NCBI GenBank assembly: GCA_963733295.1 | Contig: CAVTCS010000005.1 | Coordinates: 132,874-196,873, forward strand | Source: Vulcanimicrobiota bacterium | GTDB taxonomy: Bacteria; Vulcanimicrobiota; Vulcanimicrobiia; Vulcanimicrobiales; Vulcanimicrobiaceae | Direction of reading: 5' to 3' | Length of the DNA: 64,000 nucleotides | Shown: piece by piece, positions 10,338-19,782 of the stretch | Numbering within the stretch: the first letter of the stretch is position 1 | Layout of the letters: each line of letters opens with the position of its first letter | Position numbers and translations under genes: made by a program | The notes under the pieces: generated by a model | Told to the model about the DNA's origin: nothing | The model's input: only the letters and a program-made list of their open reading frames with translations | Databases searched by the model: none

Positions 10338-11921
10338 ATGCTGATCTGGCTGGCTGCGACGCTCGCCGCCACGCTTGCGGCGACGCCGGCTCCGTCGGCC
10401 GCGCCCCAAACGTCCTCTGGGGCCGCCTCACCACAAGCCTCCGCCTCTCCCAAAGCAACGCCGTCATTTCCGACGCCGCCACCGGTCGACGGCTTGACGG
10501 CGGACGCCATCGTGGCGAAGTGGCGCGCCGCCAGCGGAGACGACAAGAAGGTCTCTAGCGAGATCTCGGTTTGGAAGATTCACGAAAGCGGGCTAGACGG
10601 CACGGCTCGCACCGTGGAGCGCGGCGACGATTTCTTCGAAACGAGGCAACTCGGCAGCTCGACGAACGCTTGGGGCTCGTACCGCGGCAAATCTTGGTAC
10701 CAAAACGCGAACGGTCAGGTCATCGTCGAGGAAGACCTCCCGGAGGACGCCGACGTGCGCACAAGCTCCCAACACTTGCGCCATGTCACCAATCCGGTCG
10801 ATGCGTACGTCGTCGAGACCGTCAGCTCGGACGGCACCTCGCACCGGCGGTACTACGACGCCAAATCGTTTCTCTTGGTGCGCAAGGAGACGACGGATCG
10901 TCTCACCACCTCTTTCACGGTGTTCGACGACTTCACCAGCGATGCGGCGGGGCGCACTTTTGCCCGTCACGCCTACGGCAAAGACGAGCGGCCGGACAGC
11001 GATTGGGACGAGCATCTCGTTTCCGACGAAATCGGCGCCAAGGTCGGCGATTCCGAACTTGCGATTCCGCACGACCGTCGCGTCCTCGTCGAGTTCCCCG
11101 TGGGCCAGTCCACGGTTCGGCTTCCCGCGCGAATCATCAAGGGCCTCATCACCGTTCGCGTGACCATCAACGGGCGCGGGCTCGACTTCCTGCTCGATAG
11201 TGGGGCGAGTTCGCTGCTCGTCGACGCTCGCAGTGCAAGAGAACTCGGTTTGCAGGTTGAGGGGCAACGGACCACGTCGATCAACGGGGCACTTGCCAGC
11301 AGCGATGCGCGGATTCCGGAAATGCACATCGGTGACCTTACGCTGCACGACGTGGCCGTGCGGGTCGCGCCCACTGCCTTCAACGCCGATTGGAACACGA
11401 AGGCCGTCGGCTTGCTTGGCTTCGACTTCTTCCACGACGTCGTGCTGACCATCGACTACAAGAATGGCACCGTCGACGCGACTGCGCCGAAGGCGTTCAA
11501 GCCGGACCCCGCGGCAACCGAACTCGCCGTCCGCATGAACGACGGCACTCCGGAAATCGCTCTCCTCGTCGGAAGCGAGCGCGGCGACCGCTTTGTCCTC
11601 GATACCGGCGCACAGGAGACGACGGTCACGATCTTCCAGCACTTCGCGCGCTTACACCCAAAAGCGGTCTCACTCAAGAACGAGCACGGCAACCCGATGC
11701 TCGAGAGCATGCTTCAGGGTATCGTCGTCAGCAGGCAGGTCGTGCTGCCGAGCGTCAGCCTCGGGCCTTGGACCTTTCGAGCTCGCGCCCAGCTAATGCA
11801 GTCGCCGGTCGCTCTCGACTCCCAGGACGGTCTGATCGGATCCGATCTGCTGCAGATCTTCCGCGTGACGCTCGACGAGTCGCACGGCACGGTCTACCTG
11901 ATGCCGGTCGTCCCGCTCTAG
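10338..11921 (+). CDS. Secreted double-domain retropepsin-like aspartyl protease 2
   Basis: Signal peptide, Pro/Ser linker; FLLDSGAS, VLDTGA, GLLGFDF, DGLIGSD. Confidence 0.85.
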   Translation: MLIWLAATLAATLAATPAPSAAPQTSSGAASPQASASPKATPSFPTPPPVDGLTADAIVAKWRAASGDDKKVSSEISVWKIHESGLDGTARTVERGDDFFETRQLGSSTNAWGSYRGKSWYQNANGQVIVEEDLPEDADVRTSSQHLRHVTNPVDAYVVETVSSDGTSHRRYYDAKSFLLVRKETTDRLTTSFTVFDDFTSDAAGRTFARHAYGKDERPDSDWDEHLVSDEIGAKVGDSELAIPHDRRVLVEFPVGQSTVRLPARIIKGLITVRVTINGRGLDFLLDSGASSLLVDARSARELGLQVEGQRTTSINGALASSDARIPEMHIGDLTLHDVAVRVAPTAFNADWNTKAVGLLGFDFFHDVVLTIDYKNGTVDATAPKAFKPDPAATELAVRMNDGTPEIALLVGSERGDRFVLDTGAQETTVTIFQHFARLHPKAVSLKNEHGNPMLESMLQGIVVSRQVVLPSVSLGPWTFRARAQLMQSPVALDSQDGLIGSDLLQIFRVTLDESHGTVYLMPVVPL

Positions 11922-13496
11922 ATGAACGTCGCAGCCGTCGCGTTCGCAGTCGCGGTAGCAACCGCGCCCGCGTCGCAGGTCGCGCCGCCGGCGGAGGTTA
12001 CGCAGCCGTTTCCTACGCCGTCGCCCGTCGATGGACTGACCGTCGCCGACATCACCGCGAAGTGGCGCGTCGCCAGCGGCGCTACCAAGGGGGTCGCTAA
12101 CGAGACTCAAGTTTGGAAGATTCACCGTTACGGACTCGACGGCACGATGCGCGTCGTCGTCCGCGGTCGCGATTCCGTTTCGACGACGCAGTTGGGGTCG
12201 TTCCTTAGCGCTTCGGGCATGAGCGGCGGCAAGCCCTGGCGTCAAAACGCGAACGGCCAGATCCTCGCTTCGCAGCTCGCGGGGCACGATGGCGAGGTGC
12301 GGCCTGCAGCGCAGAGACTTACTCACGTCACCTCTCCCGTGGATGCGTACGTAGTCGAATCGATCGCCGCGAACGGCGACACGAGCCGCCGTTTTTACGA
12401 CTCGCGAACGTTCCTTATCGTGCGGCGCGAGCTCAACGCGTACGGAGTGCAGTCGTTCAGCGCGTACGACGACTTCGTCACCGACGCCGCGGGCCGAACC
12501 TTCGCTCACCACAGTTCCGGTGGCAACCAATTCCCGAACAACGCATGGGACGAGCAGCTCGTCTCCGACGACCTGAAAACGCCGGTCGGATCCCAAGACG
12601 TCGCGATCCCCGCTAACCAACGGACGCTCGTCGAGTTTCCAGCGGGCCACAGTACGGTTCGTCTTCCCGCCCGCATCGTCGACGGCGCCATCATCGTGCG
12701 CGTCCAGATCGCGGGCCGCGGGATCGACCTCGTACTGGACAGCGGCACGAGTTCGATCGTGCTCGATCGAGGAATCGCTTCCGAACTCGGCGTGCAAACG
12801 GTGGGAGATCACACCGAGACGGTCGCCGGCAACGTCAAGTCCGGCGTCGCTAAGGTTCCCGAGATGAAGATCGGCGAATTGACGCTGCACGACGTGGCCG
12901 TCGACTCGTTGCCCTTTTCGTTCGCAGTCAATCCGGCGACGAAGGCCGTAGGGTTGCTCGGTTTCGATTTTCTCGACGGCGCGGCCGTCACGATCGATTA
13001 CGCGAAAGGAACGGTCGACGCAACCGCGCCGAGCGCGTTCGTCCCCGACGCGAACGCTTCCGACATTCCCGCACGCTTCGATCGCGGTGTGCCTGAGGTC
13101 GCCTTAAGCATGGGTCCAACCAAGGGCGAACGCTTCATCGTCGACACCGGAGCGACAGGGCAGACGATCATCCTCTTCCAGCGGTTCGTGCACCTCAACG
13201 CGAGCGAGATTCCCAAGGAGGCTAGAAGCGGGAACGGCGGCATCGTCGCCGAGATGATCGGCGGTACGGTCGCGAGCGTGCCCATCGTGATTCACAACGT
13301 CGTTCTCGGCGAGTGGCGGATCCCGGAAGTCCACGGCTTGCTGGCTCACTCGCCGGCCGTTTTCGACTACGACGACGGCCTCCTCGGTTCAGATTTCCTG
13401 AATCTGTTCCGCATCACGCTCGACGAGTTCCACGGGAAGCTGTACGTCACACCCGTCGAGGACGTAAGCGCTCCCTCGCCGGCTCCCAGCCGCTGA
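11922..13496 (+). CDS. Secreted double-domain retropepsin-like aspartyl protease 3
   Basis: Clear paralog of preceding gene; VLDSGTS, IVDTGA, GLLGFDF, DGLLGSD. Confidence 0.85.
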   Translation: MNVAAVAFAVAVATAPASQVAPPAEVTQPFPTPSPVDGLTVADITAKWRVASGATKGVANETQVWKIHRYGLDGTMRVVVRGRDSVSTTQLGSFLSASGMSGGKPWRQNANGQILASQLAGHDGEVRPAAQRLTHVTSPVDAYVVESIAANGDTSRRFYDSRTFLIVRRELNAYGVQSFSAYDDFVTDAAGRTFAHHSSGGNQFPNNAWDEQLVSDDLKTPVGSQDVAIPANQRTLVEFPAGHSTVRLPARIVDGAIIVRVQIAGRGIDLVLDSGTSSIVLDRGIASELGVQTVGDHTETVAGNVKSGVAKVPEMKIGELTLHDVAVDSLPFSFAVNPATKAVGLLGFDFLDGAAVTIDYAKGTVDATAPSAFVPDANASDIPARFDRGVPEVALSMGPTKGERFIVDTGATGQTIILFQRFVHLNASEIPKEARSGNGGIVAEMIGGTVASVPIVIHNVVLGEWRIPEVHGLLAHSPAVFDYDDGLLGSDFLNLFRITLDEFHGKLYVTPVEDVSAPSPAPSR

Positions 13497-13533
13497 GAAT
13501 TCCAGCCGCAGCGCCGCGCTCAGACAGTCGGCG

Positions 13534-13562
13534 TTGACGCTCGGGGGCCTACCTGCTATCAT
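13534..13562 (+). promoter_or_regulatory. Sigma70-type promoter of infC operon
   Basis: TTGACG-17 nt-TATCAT with extended -10 TG. Confidence 0.7.
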
Positions 13563-13568
13563 CCCTGA

Positions 13569-13689
13569 GCCGAAGCAGGACCGCCTTTTAGGCGATCCTC
13601 ACCGAACGCCTCCGGCGTTTCGGTCGCCCGACGGGAGCCGCCGGTAGGCTCCATTCGTGTGGGATGCTTTGGCGTCGCCACTTTTTTTT
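13569..13689 (+). ncRNA. Ribosomal protein L20 leader-like attenuator
   Basis: 5' UTR of infC-rpmI-rplT; GAAGCA...TCCTCACC...GGT...GTGGGATGCTT pattern resembling the Firmicutes L20 leader, ending in hairpin GTGG-GATGC/GCGTC-CCAC plus T8. Confidence 0.65.
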
Positions 13690-13709
13690 GCTCCAAGGAG
13701 ACCTCGCTC

Positions 13710-14423
13710 ATAGCACGACCGCTGCGCATTAACGATCAGATCCGAATTCGCCAAGTACGCGTCATCGACGACGAAGGCACGCAACTCGGCGTCATGCCGA
13801 CCGAAAACGCACTCGCGCTCGCGCGACAGAAGGGCCTCGACCTGATCGAGGTTTCCCCGACTGCAGTGCCACCGGTCTGCCGGATCAGCGACTACGGACG
13901 TCTCAAGTACGAACAGTCGAAAAAAGATAAAGACGCGCGCAAAAAACAGAAAAATTGGGAGCTGAAGGAAGTTAAACTTCGTCCCAAGATCGAGAACCAC
14001 GACTACGAAACCAAAGCCCGCATGGCCGAGCGCCTCTTGCTCGACGGCGGCAAAGTCAAGGTAACGATCATGTTTCGCGGTCGCGAAATCACCTACACGA
14101 GCTTCGGGAAACGGCTTCTCGACCGGATGGCGGCAGACATGACCCCGATCGCAACGGTCGAGCGCGAAGCCAAACTCGAAGGTAAGAACATGTTCATGAT
14201 CCTGGCCCCGCGGCCGGTTCCGAGCGGGCCGCCGAAATTCACGTCGTTGCTCCATCCCGAGCGAGCGGCCGGCGCGCCCGAACCGGTTCACACCAACCGA
14301 ACCGCGCACGCCACTGAAACTGCCCACGCCGAGGCCGATAGTACGACGGTGACCTCGGCCTCAGCCGACAATCAAAACCACAAGGTAGAACCCGACACCG
14401 AAGGAGTCCCTTCCAGTGCCTAA
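13710..14423 (+). CDS. infC: Translation initiation factor IF-3 (ATA start, long C-terminal tail)
   Basis: RINDQIR..VRVID..GLDLIEVSP..PPVCRI..KEVKLRPKI..KVKVTIMFRGRE; AAGGAG RBS then in-frame ATA at 13710. Confidence 0.95.
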   Translation: MARPLRINDQIRIRQVRVIDDEGTQLGVMPTENALALARQKGLDLIEVSPTAVPPVCRISDYGRLKYEQSKKDKDARKKQKNWELKEVKLRPKIENHDYETKARMAERLLLDGGKVKVTIMFRGREITYTSFGKRLLDRMAADMTPIATVEREAKLEGKNMFMILAPRPVPSGPPKFTSLLHPERAAGAPEPVHTNRTAHATETAHAEADSTTVTSASADNQNHKVEPDTEGVPSSA

Positions 14424-14622
14424 GATCAGAACTCACCGGGGAACCGCGAAACGCGTGAAAGTCAGCGCGAACGGCATCGTCACGCATCGCGCTCAGTTCA
14501 GCGGTTGCGGCCACATCCTCAGCAAGAAGACGCGCAAGCGCAAGCGGAAATTCCGCAAGGACCAACCTGTTTTCGCAGGTGATCTGAAGCGCTTCGCGCC
14601 GCAGATTCCCTACCTTCTATAG
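14416..14622 (+). CDS. rpmI: 50S ribosomal protein L35
   Basis: MPKIRTHRGTAKRVKV..HILSKK; position after infC. Confidence 0.95.
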   Translation: MPKIRTHRGTAKRVKVSANGIVTHRAQFSGCGHILSKKTRKRKRKFRKDQPVFAGDLKRFAPQIPYLL

Positions 14623-14634
14623 GAGCTAGGTTCG

Positions 14635-15018
14635 ATGGCACGCATCAAGCGCGGACTCAACAAGATCAAGCACCGGCGCAAAGTCATGAAGCTCGTCAAA
14701 GGCTTCAGGGCAGCTCGCCGCCGCAACTACCGCGTTGCGAACGAAGCGCTCCTCCACTCGCTGAGCTACGCATACCGCGACCGCCGAGTGCGCAAGCGCG
14801 ACTTCCGCTCGCTCTGGATCAGCCGCATCAACGCCGCGGCCCGGCGGGAAGGTCTCACATATTCGAGGCTGATCGACGGACTAAAGAAGAGCGGCGTTAC
14901 GTTGAATAGAAAAGCACTGGCCGATCTGGCAGTGCGCGATCAGGCCGCCTTCGACTCCCTCTTGGCCGTGGCCAAGGCGCAGTTAGAAGAGCGGACCTCG
15001 ACGCAGGTCGCCTCGTAG
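14635..15018 (+). CDS. rplT: 50S ribosomal protein L20
   Basis: [43 protein letters not shown]. Confidence 0.97.
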   Translation: MARIKRGLNKIKHRRKVMKLVKGFRAARRRNYRVANEALLHSLSYAYRDRRVRKRDFRSLWISRINAAARREGLTYSRLIDGLKKSGVTLNRKALADLAVRDQAAFDSLLAVAKAQLEERTSTQVAS

Positions 15019-15047
15019 ACCGAAAATCCCGTCCGAAGGGACAACCC

Positions 15048-15920
15048 ATGCCCATCCCCACTCGTATCGCCAAGCGAGACTGGCCGGCTTTCATAGCTCT
15101 CGCAATAATTCACATTGGTGCGCTCGGCGTCTTCATCCCCGCCTTTTTCTCGTGGTGGGCCATCGGCGTCGCGGTGCTGCTTTACTTCGTCACCGGCATG
15201 GGGGTAACGCTCGGGTATCATCGGTTGTTGACGCATCGCAGCCTCACGATGCCCCGGCCGCTCGAGTATCTCGTGGCGGCTTGCGGCTGCATGTCGCTGC
15301 AAGGCGGTCCGCTCGACTGGGTCGCGACGCATCGCGCGCATCACGCGCACTCCGACGCCGACGGCGACCCGCACGATGCGAATCGCGGCATGCCCTGGGC
15401 TCACTTTGAGTGGCTGTATCGCTCGAACAAAGATCGCGTCGAAGAGAGCGAGTGGCCGCGCTGGGTTCCAGATTTACTGAAGGACCCCGCCTACCTCGCG
15501 CTCGAGCGTTATCACCTCGTGCTGAGCTTGGCGCTCGGTGTCGTGCTCTTTCTCATCGGCGGCTGGTCGTTCGTCATCTGGGGCCTCTTCGCTCGCCTGG
15601 TCTTCACCTACCACTGCACTTGGCTCGTCAACAGCGCGTCGCACGCCGTCGGATATCAGACCTTCCGCACCGGCGATCGCTCGACGAACAACTGGTGGGT
15701 CGCGCTCCTGAGCTTCGGTGAAGGCTGGCACAACAACCACCACGCTTTCCCGTTCTCGGCGCGTCACGGCATGCGCTGGTTCGAGTTCGACATAACGTAC
15801 TACACGATCAAGGTGCTGCGCTTGCTGCGCTTGGCTTCGAACGTGAAGCTGCCGACGCGCGAGATGATGAAACGCCTCCAGCAGCAAATGCCGCCGCGGC
15901 CGGCCAGGCGCGCCGGCTAG
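15048..15920 (+). CDS. Delta-9 acyl-lipid/acyl-CoA desaturase (DesC-like)
   Basis: His boxes GYHRLLTH, HRAHH, GEGWHNNHH. Confidence 0.92.
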   Translation: MPIPTRIAKRDWPAFIALAIIHIGALGVFIPAFFSWWAIGVAVLLYFVTGMGVTLGYHRLLTHRSLTMPRPLEYLVAACGCMSLQGGPLDWVATHRAHHAHSDADGDPHDANRGMPWAHFEWLYRSNKDRVEESEWPRWVPDLLKDPAYLALERYHLVLSLALGVVLFLIGGWSFVIWGLFARLVFTYHCTWLVNSASHAVGYQTFRTGDRSTNNWWVALLSFGEGWHNNHHAFPFSARHGMRWFEFDITYYTIKVLRLLRLASNVKLPTREMMKRLQQQMPPRPARRAG

Positions 15921-16438
15921 CCGAACGCCCGCGCCCAAGCGAGGGCAACCTGTGTCTTCGCATCGCGCAAGCGGTCGCTTTCGACGAGGCGCCACGCATC
16001 TTCGACGTTCCAGGTGCGGATCTCGAACTGCTCGTCATCTTCGGGCGCCGCTTCTCCGAGCGTGAGCCCCTCAGCCACGAAGAGATGAATACGCTCGTTG
16101 CAAAAGCCCGGCGTCGTGTACAGGCTGAACAAGAAACGTAGCGCGCGAGCGCGGTAGCCGGTTTCTTCGATCAGTTCGCGGCGCGCGGTCTCGAGCGGCG
16201 GTTCGCCGCGTTCGATCATCCCGGCCGGCACCTCCCACAGCTCCTCCCCGACCGCGTGCCGATATTGCCGGACCAAAACGATTTCGCGCGGCGAGGGCTG
16301 GGCGACGATCGCAACGCCGCCCACGTGTTCGACGACCTCGACGTCGCGATGCAGGTCGCTGTGATAGGCGTCGATTTCGTCGACGCGCAGGTTGACGACG
16401 CGTCCCTCGTAGACGTGGCGCGAAGAATGGACGCGCAT
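15917..16438 (-). CDS. NUDIX hydrolase (ADP-ribose pyrophosphatase-like)
   Basis: LVRQYR..EVPAG..GEPPLETARRELIEETG Nudix box; DAKT. Confidence 0.9.
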   Translation of the reverse strand: MRVHSSRHVYEGRVVNLRVDEIDAYHSDLHRDVEVVEHVGGVAIVAQPSPREIVLVRQYRHAVGEELWEVPAGMIERGEPPLETARRELIEETGYRARALRFLFSLYTTPGFCNERIHLFVAEGLTLGEAAPEDDEQFEIRTWNVEDAWRLVESDRLRDAKTQVALAWARAFG

Positions 16439-16442
16439 TCGT

Positions 16443-16799
16443 CTAGGCCGCCTTGGGCGCGAACCGCGCGAGCAACTCGATCGCCAGGCCGAAAAGCGCC
16501 GCGCACAGCGCGGCCCCCAGCGACCAGCGGGCCGGGTGCGCGACGAATGCGATGGCGGACACAATCGCTGCCAGAAAGGCGACGTCGCGCGAGACCCGCA
16601 GGCGCGCGTGCGGGCCGCCGGCGAGGTAGTTCCGGCGGACGGCCAGCAGCTGCACGAGGCCGATGACGGCCAGAGCGGTCAGCGCCGCCGCCGGGAAGCG
16701 GGCTATCTCGCCCAGCAGACTCCGGCCGCCGGTCAGGAGCACCAAGGCGATGACGACGAGCGAGCCGGTCTCGACCGCCCGCGCGGTAGGAGAGAGCAC
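16443..16799 (-). CDS. Hypothetical 4-TM membrane protein (start uncertain)
   Basis: Hydrophobic ORF filling gap upstream of NUDIX gene. Confidence 0.6.
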   Translation of the reverse strand: MLSPTARAVETGSLVVIALVLLTGGRSLLGEIARFPAAALTALAVIGLVQLLAVRRNYLAGGPHARLRVSRDVAFLAAIVSAIAFVAHPARWSLGAALCAALFGLAIELLARFAPKAA

Positions 16800-16819
16800 C
16801 GCCGTCGAATTCCGCGCGC

Positions 16820-17626
16820 ATGCCGATCGCCCTCGGGGCACATTCACCGAAGCTCGATCCCGTTCGAGCTTTGCGCTCGAAGGAGGGCCGCAGGAGTCAG
16901 CAGCGCTTCGCGATCGAGGGACCGACGTTGCTCCGGGAGGCCCTGGCGAGTGGCCGGCGCCCCGAGGCGGTGTACGCGACGGAAGAGGCCTGGTCTGCCT
17001 TCTTACGCTCGGACCCGGACCCCGAGCTGCCCCTCTATTTCGTCCCGGAACGGGCCCTCACGAAGCTCTCGGAGCTCGAGACCCCACCGGGCATCCTGGC
17101 GGTCCTACCGCTCGGCCTCGAGCCCCTAGCCGGCCTTTTCGAGGACCCCGCACCGGCCGTGCTTTTGGCCGGCGTCGCCGACCCGGGCAACGCCGGCACC
17201 CTGCTTCGCTCGGCCGAGATTTTCGGCATTTCGAAGGCGATTTTCGGGCGCGGAAGTGTCGAGCCGCACAATCCTAAGGTCGTACGCGCCACAATGGGCG
17301 CCCTGTTCCGAATGCGCGTCGCCGTCGCCGCTCCGGACGAGTTCTTAACGGCCGCGCATGCCGGTCGTTTCGTCGTAGTCGCCGCCTCCCGGGAGGGCCT
17401 CCCGCTGGACCGCTTTCACTTCCCCGAACGGGTCGTGGTCGCGGTCGGCAACGAGCGCAACGGCGTGCGCGATTGGCTTCCCCGCTGGGATCTAGGGGTT
17501 GCCATTCCTCAGCCCGGCGGGGGCGAGAGCCTGAACGCGGCGATCGCCGGGAGCATCATCTTTTACGAGCTTTCCAAGCGTTTTCGGGACAGCTCAAGTG
17601 AGGCCGTGACCCCGCCGAAACCCTGA
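16820..17626 (+). CDS. TrmH/SpoU family RNA methyltransferase
   Basis: DPGNAGTLLRSA, PKVVRATMGA, GNERNG, ESLNAAIA. Confidence 0.92.
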   Translation: MPIALGAHSPKLDPVRALRSKEGRRSQQRFAIEGPTLLREALASGRRPEAVYATEEAWSAFLRSDPDPELPLYFVPERALTKLSELETPPGILAVLPLGLEPLAGLFEDPAPAVLLAGVADPGNAGTLLRSAEIFGISKAIFGRGSVEPHNPKVVRATMGALFRMRVAVAAPDEFLTAAHAGRFVVVAASREGLPLDRFHFPERVVVAVGNERNGVRDWLPRWDLGVAIPQPGGGESLNAAIAGSIIFYELSKRFRDSSSEAVTPPKP

Positions 17627-17637
17627 TTTGTCAAGAC

Positions 17638-17666
17638 TTGGCGGGCCATAGGCCCTATGTTATACT
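17638..17666 (+). promoter_or_regulatory. Sigma70-type promoter
   Basis: TTGGCG-17 nt-TATACT with extended -10 TG. Confidence 0.6.
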
Positions 17667-17729
17667 CAAGTCCGTTCTCGATGTCGGCGTCAGCCGTGGC
17701 AAATTGAAAAGAAGGGTACACGCTCACTC

Positions 17730-17831
17730 ATGCGCACTAGCGACCGCTTCTGGAAACTGTTCACGAGCACGGGATCCGTCTACGCATATCTTATCTATCG
17801 ACAGGTCAACCAAGCAGTGGCGAGTAGCTGA
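17730..17831 (+). CDS. 33-aa YqzL-like small protein
   Basis: MRTSDRFWKLFTSTGSVYAYLIYRQVNQAVASS*; WxxFxxTGxxxAYLxY matches recalled YqzL motif; GAAGGG RBS, promoter and terminator flank it; below ORF-track cutoff. Confidence 0.75.
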   Translation: MRTSDRFWKLFTSTGSVYAYLIYRQVNQAVASS

Positions 17832-17855
17832 AAGGCCCTAGAACTCACGAAGTTC

Positions 17856-17892
17856 AACGAGAGCCTGGCCGATGGCCGGGCTCTCGTTTTTT
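17856..17892 (+). terminator. Intrinsic terminator upstream of pheS
   Basis: AACGAGAGCCTGGCC-gat-GGCCGGGCTCTCGTT followed by T tract. Confidence 0.85.
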
Positions 17893-17925
17893 CAGCAGCA
17901 TTTCGGCCGGGCAGGGAGAGAGACG

Positions 17926-18954
17926 ATCGGTCAACTGGCTGACGACCTAGCGGCGCTTGGAGCGCGTCTGAACGACGCTCTCGCCCGCGTTACCGACGAA
18001 GCCGGTCTCGAAGCCGTCCGTATTGCCTTCCTCGGGCGGAGCGGCGAGGTAACGGCGGTTCGTCGCAGCATCGGAAGCCTTCCTCCGCCCGACCGTCCCG
18101 GCGCCGGGAAGGCGATCAACGACGGCGTCGCCGTGCTCGAAACGCAAATCGAAGCGAAAGCTTTGGAGCTGAAACGGGCCGCGCTCGAAGCGCGGCTCTC
18201 GTCGAGCATCGACGTGACCTTTCCGGGTGTCGCCCCGCGCACCGGCTCGACGCACCCACTGCGCCGCACCCTCGAAGATGCGTGTGCCTACTTCGAGCGG
18301 CGCGGGTTCGCGGTCGTGCTCGGACCCGAGATCGAGACCGAATACTACAACTTCGACGCGCTCAACATTCCCGCAGACCATCCGGCGCGCGAAGACCTCG
18401 ATTCGTTTTACCTTCGGCCCGGGTTGCTGCTGCGCACCCACACCTCGCCGATGCAGATCCGCACCATGCAGCAGCATCCGCCGCCGATCGCGATCGTCAC
18501 GCCCGGCAAAGCGTACCGCCGCGACGCACTCGACGCACGTCACTCGTACATGTTCAACCAGATCGAAGGTCTGCTGGTAGCCCACGGCATCCATCTCGGC
18601 CACCTCAAGGGCATGCTCACCGGAATGTGCCGCGAGCTGTTCGGGCCGAATCAGGCGGTGCGTTTCCGGCCGTCATTTTTTCCCTTCACCGAGCCGAGCG
18701 CGGAAGTCGACACGACCTGTCCGGGCTGCGCGGGAAATGGCTGCAAGACGTGCGGCGGTTCGGGCTGGATCGAGCTCGGCGGGTGCGGCATGGTTCATCC
18801 GCGCGTCTTGCGCGAGGTCGGATACGATCCGGACGAGGTCACGGGCTGGGCCTTCGGCGTCGGGGTCGAGCGAATCGCGATGACGCGCTACGACATCGAC
18901 GATATCCGCGTGCTCTTCGAGAACGATCCCCGGACCCTCGCGCAACTCGCGTAG
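17926..18954 (+). CDS. pheS: Phenylalanine-tRNA ligase alpha subunit (start uncertain, probably ATC)
   Basis: NFDALNIPADHPAR, LLRTHTSPMQIR, FRPSFFPFTEPSAEVD, GWAFGVGVER; GGGAG 7 nt before ATC 17926. Confidence 0.95.
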   Translation: MGQLADDLAALGARLNDALARVTDEAGLEAVRIAFLGRSGEVTAVRRSIGSLPPPDRPGAGKAINDGVAVLETQIEAKALELKRAALEARLSSSIDVTFPGVAPRTGSTHPLRRTLEDACAYFERRGFAVVLGPEIETEYYNFDALNIPADHPAREDLDSFYLRPGLLLRTHTSPMQIRTMQQHPPPIAIVTPGKAYRRDALDARHSYMFNQIEGLLVAHGIHLGHLKGMLTGMCRELFGPNQAVRFRPSFFPFTEPSAEVDTTCPGCAGNGCKTCGGSGWIELGGCGMVHPRVLREVGYDPDEVTGWAFGVGVERIAMTRYDIDDIRVLFENDPRTLAQLA

Positions 18955-18997
18955 CCAGGATCTTCTATGCAATCTTAACTGCAGAGAACAGTCGAAC

Positions 18998-19026
18998 TTG
19001 ACGCAGTTATCAGTACGTGATAATAA
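18998..19026 (+). promoter_or_regulatory. Promoter with palindromic operator for inserted TA-like module
   Basis: TTGACG -35; perfect TTATCA-N5-TGATAA inverted repeat at 19007-19023 over the -10 region. Confidence 0.55.
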
Positions 19027-19032
19027 GGCCCA

Positions 19033-19387
19033 GTGGCAACACCCCCGCACCATGGTCTCGAGCGGCTTTTGGAGTTCGACGGCGAGGTGCTCGTGATTTC
19101 GGAGGACGGCCAGTACTGGGTAAAATTTGAGATCCGGCAGGTGCCCTCCTCAGCCGGTAAGCCTCATGGATTGGCACTATTCGTTTACACTCCACGGACC
19201 TCGGAACGAACGCCTGGTAGGGTTTGACAACGCTCATCCCGTGCCGCCAACGAGGTGGGGTGAAGCCCAAGATCATCGCCATTTCGGCAAGAAGGCGAAG
19301 CCGTACGAATACTCTGATCCGGTAGCGCTATTGGAAGAATTCTGGGCCGCGGTCGATGCAGTCCTAAAAGAGAGACGTGTGAACTGA
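19033..19387 (+). CDS. DUF6516/TumE-like protein, split by one frameshift near 19175
   Basis: Frame 1 YWVKFEIRQVP..KPHGL continues in frame 2 as YSFTLHGP..RLVGFDNAHP..DHRH..LLEEFWAAVD. Confidence 0.7.
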
Positions 19388-19782
19388 TGAAGACAATGCG
19401 AATTGGGATTGCTGGTTACGAGCAGATGAAGGCGCGTACGATAGCGATTGCTCGAGGGGAACATAGGCCAAAGGCTAACGAGCCGAAGGTATGGTTCCGA
19501 TCCATCGAGTCGGTCGCCAAAGTGCTTTCTGCCGGGAATCAAGAGCTACTGCGCGTTATAGTTTCTCAACGTCCTCGCTCATTAGATGAGCTGTCAAAGC
19601 TATCGGGACGGCAGAAGTCAAACCTTTCCCGTACACTGCGAACGATGGAGCGCTACGGCATCGTGCACCTAGAGCGCGGGGAACGCGGTAGACTCGTTCC
19701 AAGCGTGACACATGAGAGATTTACCGTCGATCTACCCCCCTTAACGAGCGGACACGGTTTTCACAGGAGCAAGAGCGTTTGA
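19387..19782 (+). CDS. HTH (MarR/HVO_A0114-like) transcriptional regulator, putative antitoxin
   Basis: KVWFRSIESVAKVLS..RSLDELSKLSGRQKSNLSRTLRTMERYGIV; start overlaps upstream stop. Confidence 0.8.
   Translation: MKTMRIGIAGYEQMKARTIAIARGEHRPKANEPKVWFRSIESVAKVLSAGNQELLRVIVSQRPRSLDELSKLSGRQKSNLSRTLRTMERYGIVHLERGERGRLVPSVTHERFTVDLPPLTSGHGFHRSKSV

Noticed and set aside
17670..17900. T-box riboswitch upstream of pheS
   Set aside because: No GGTGGNACC T-box or stem I motifs seen; the region is explained by a small ORF and terminator
17872..17925. ATG 17872 as pheS start
   Set aside because: Lies in the terminator loop, no RBS, and the extension is not PheS-like
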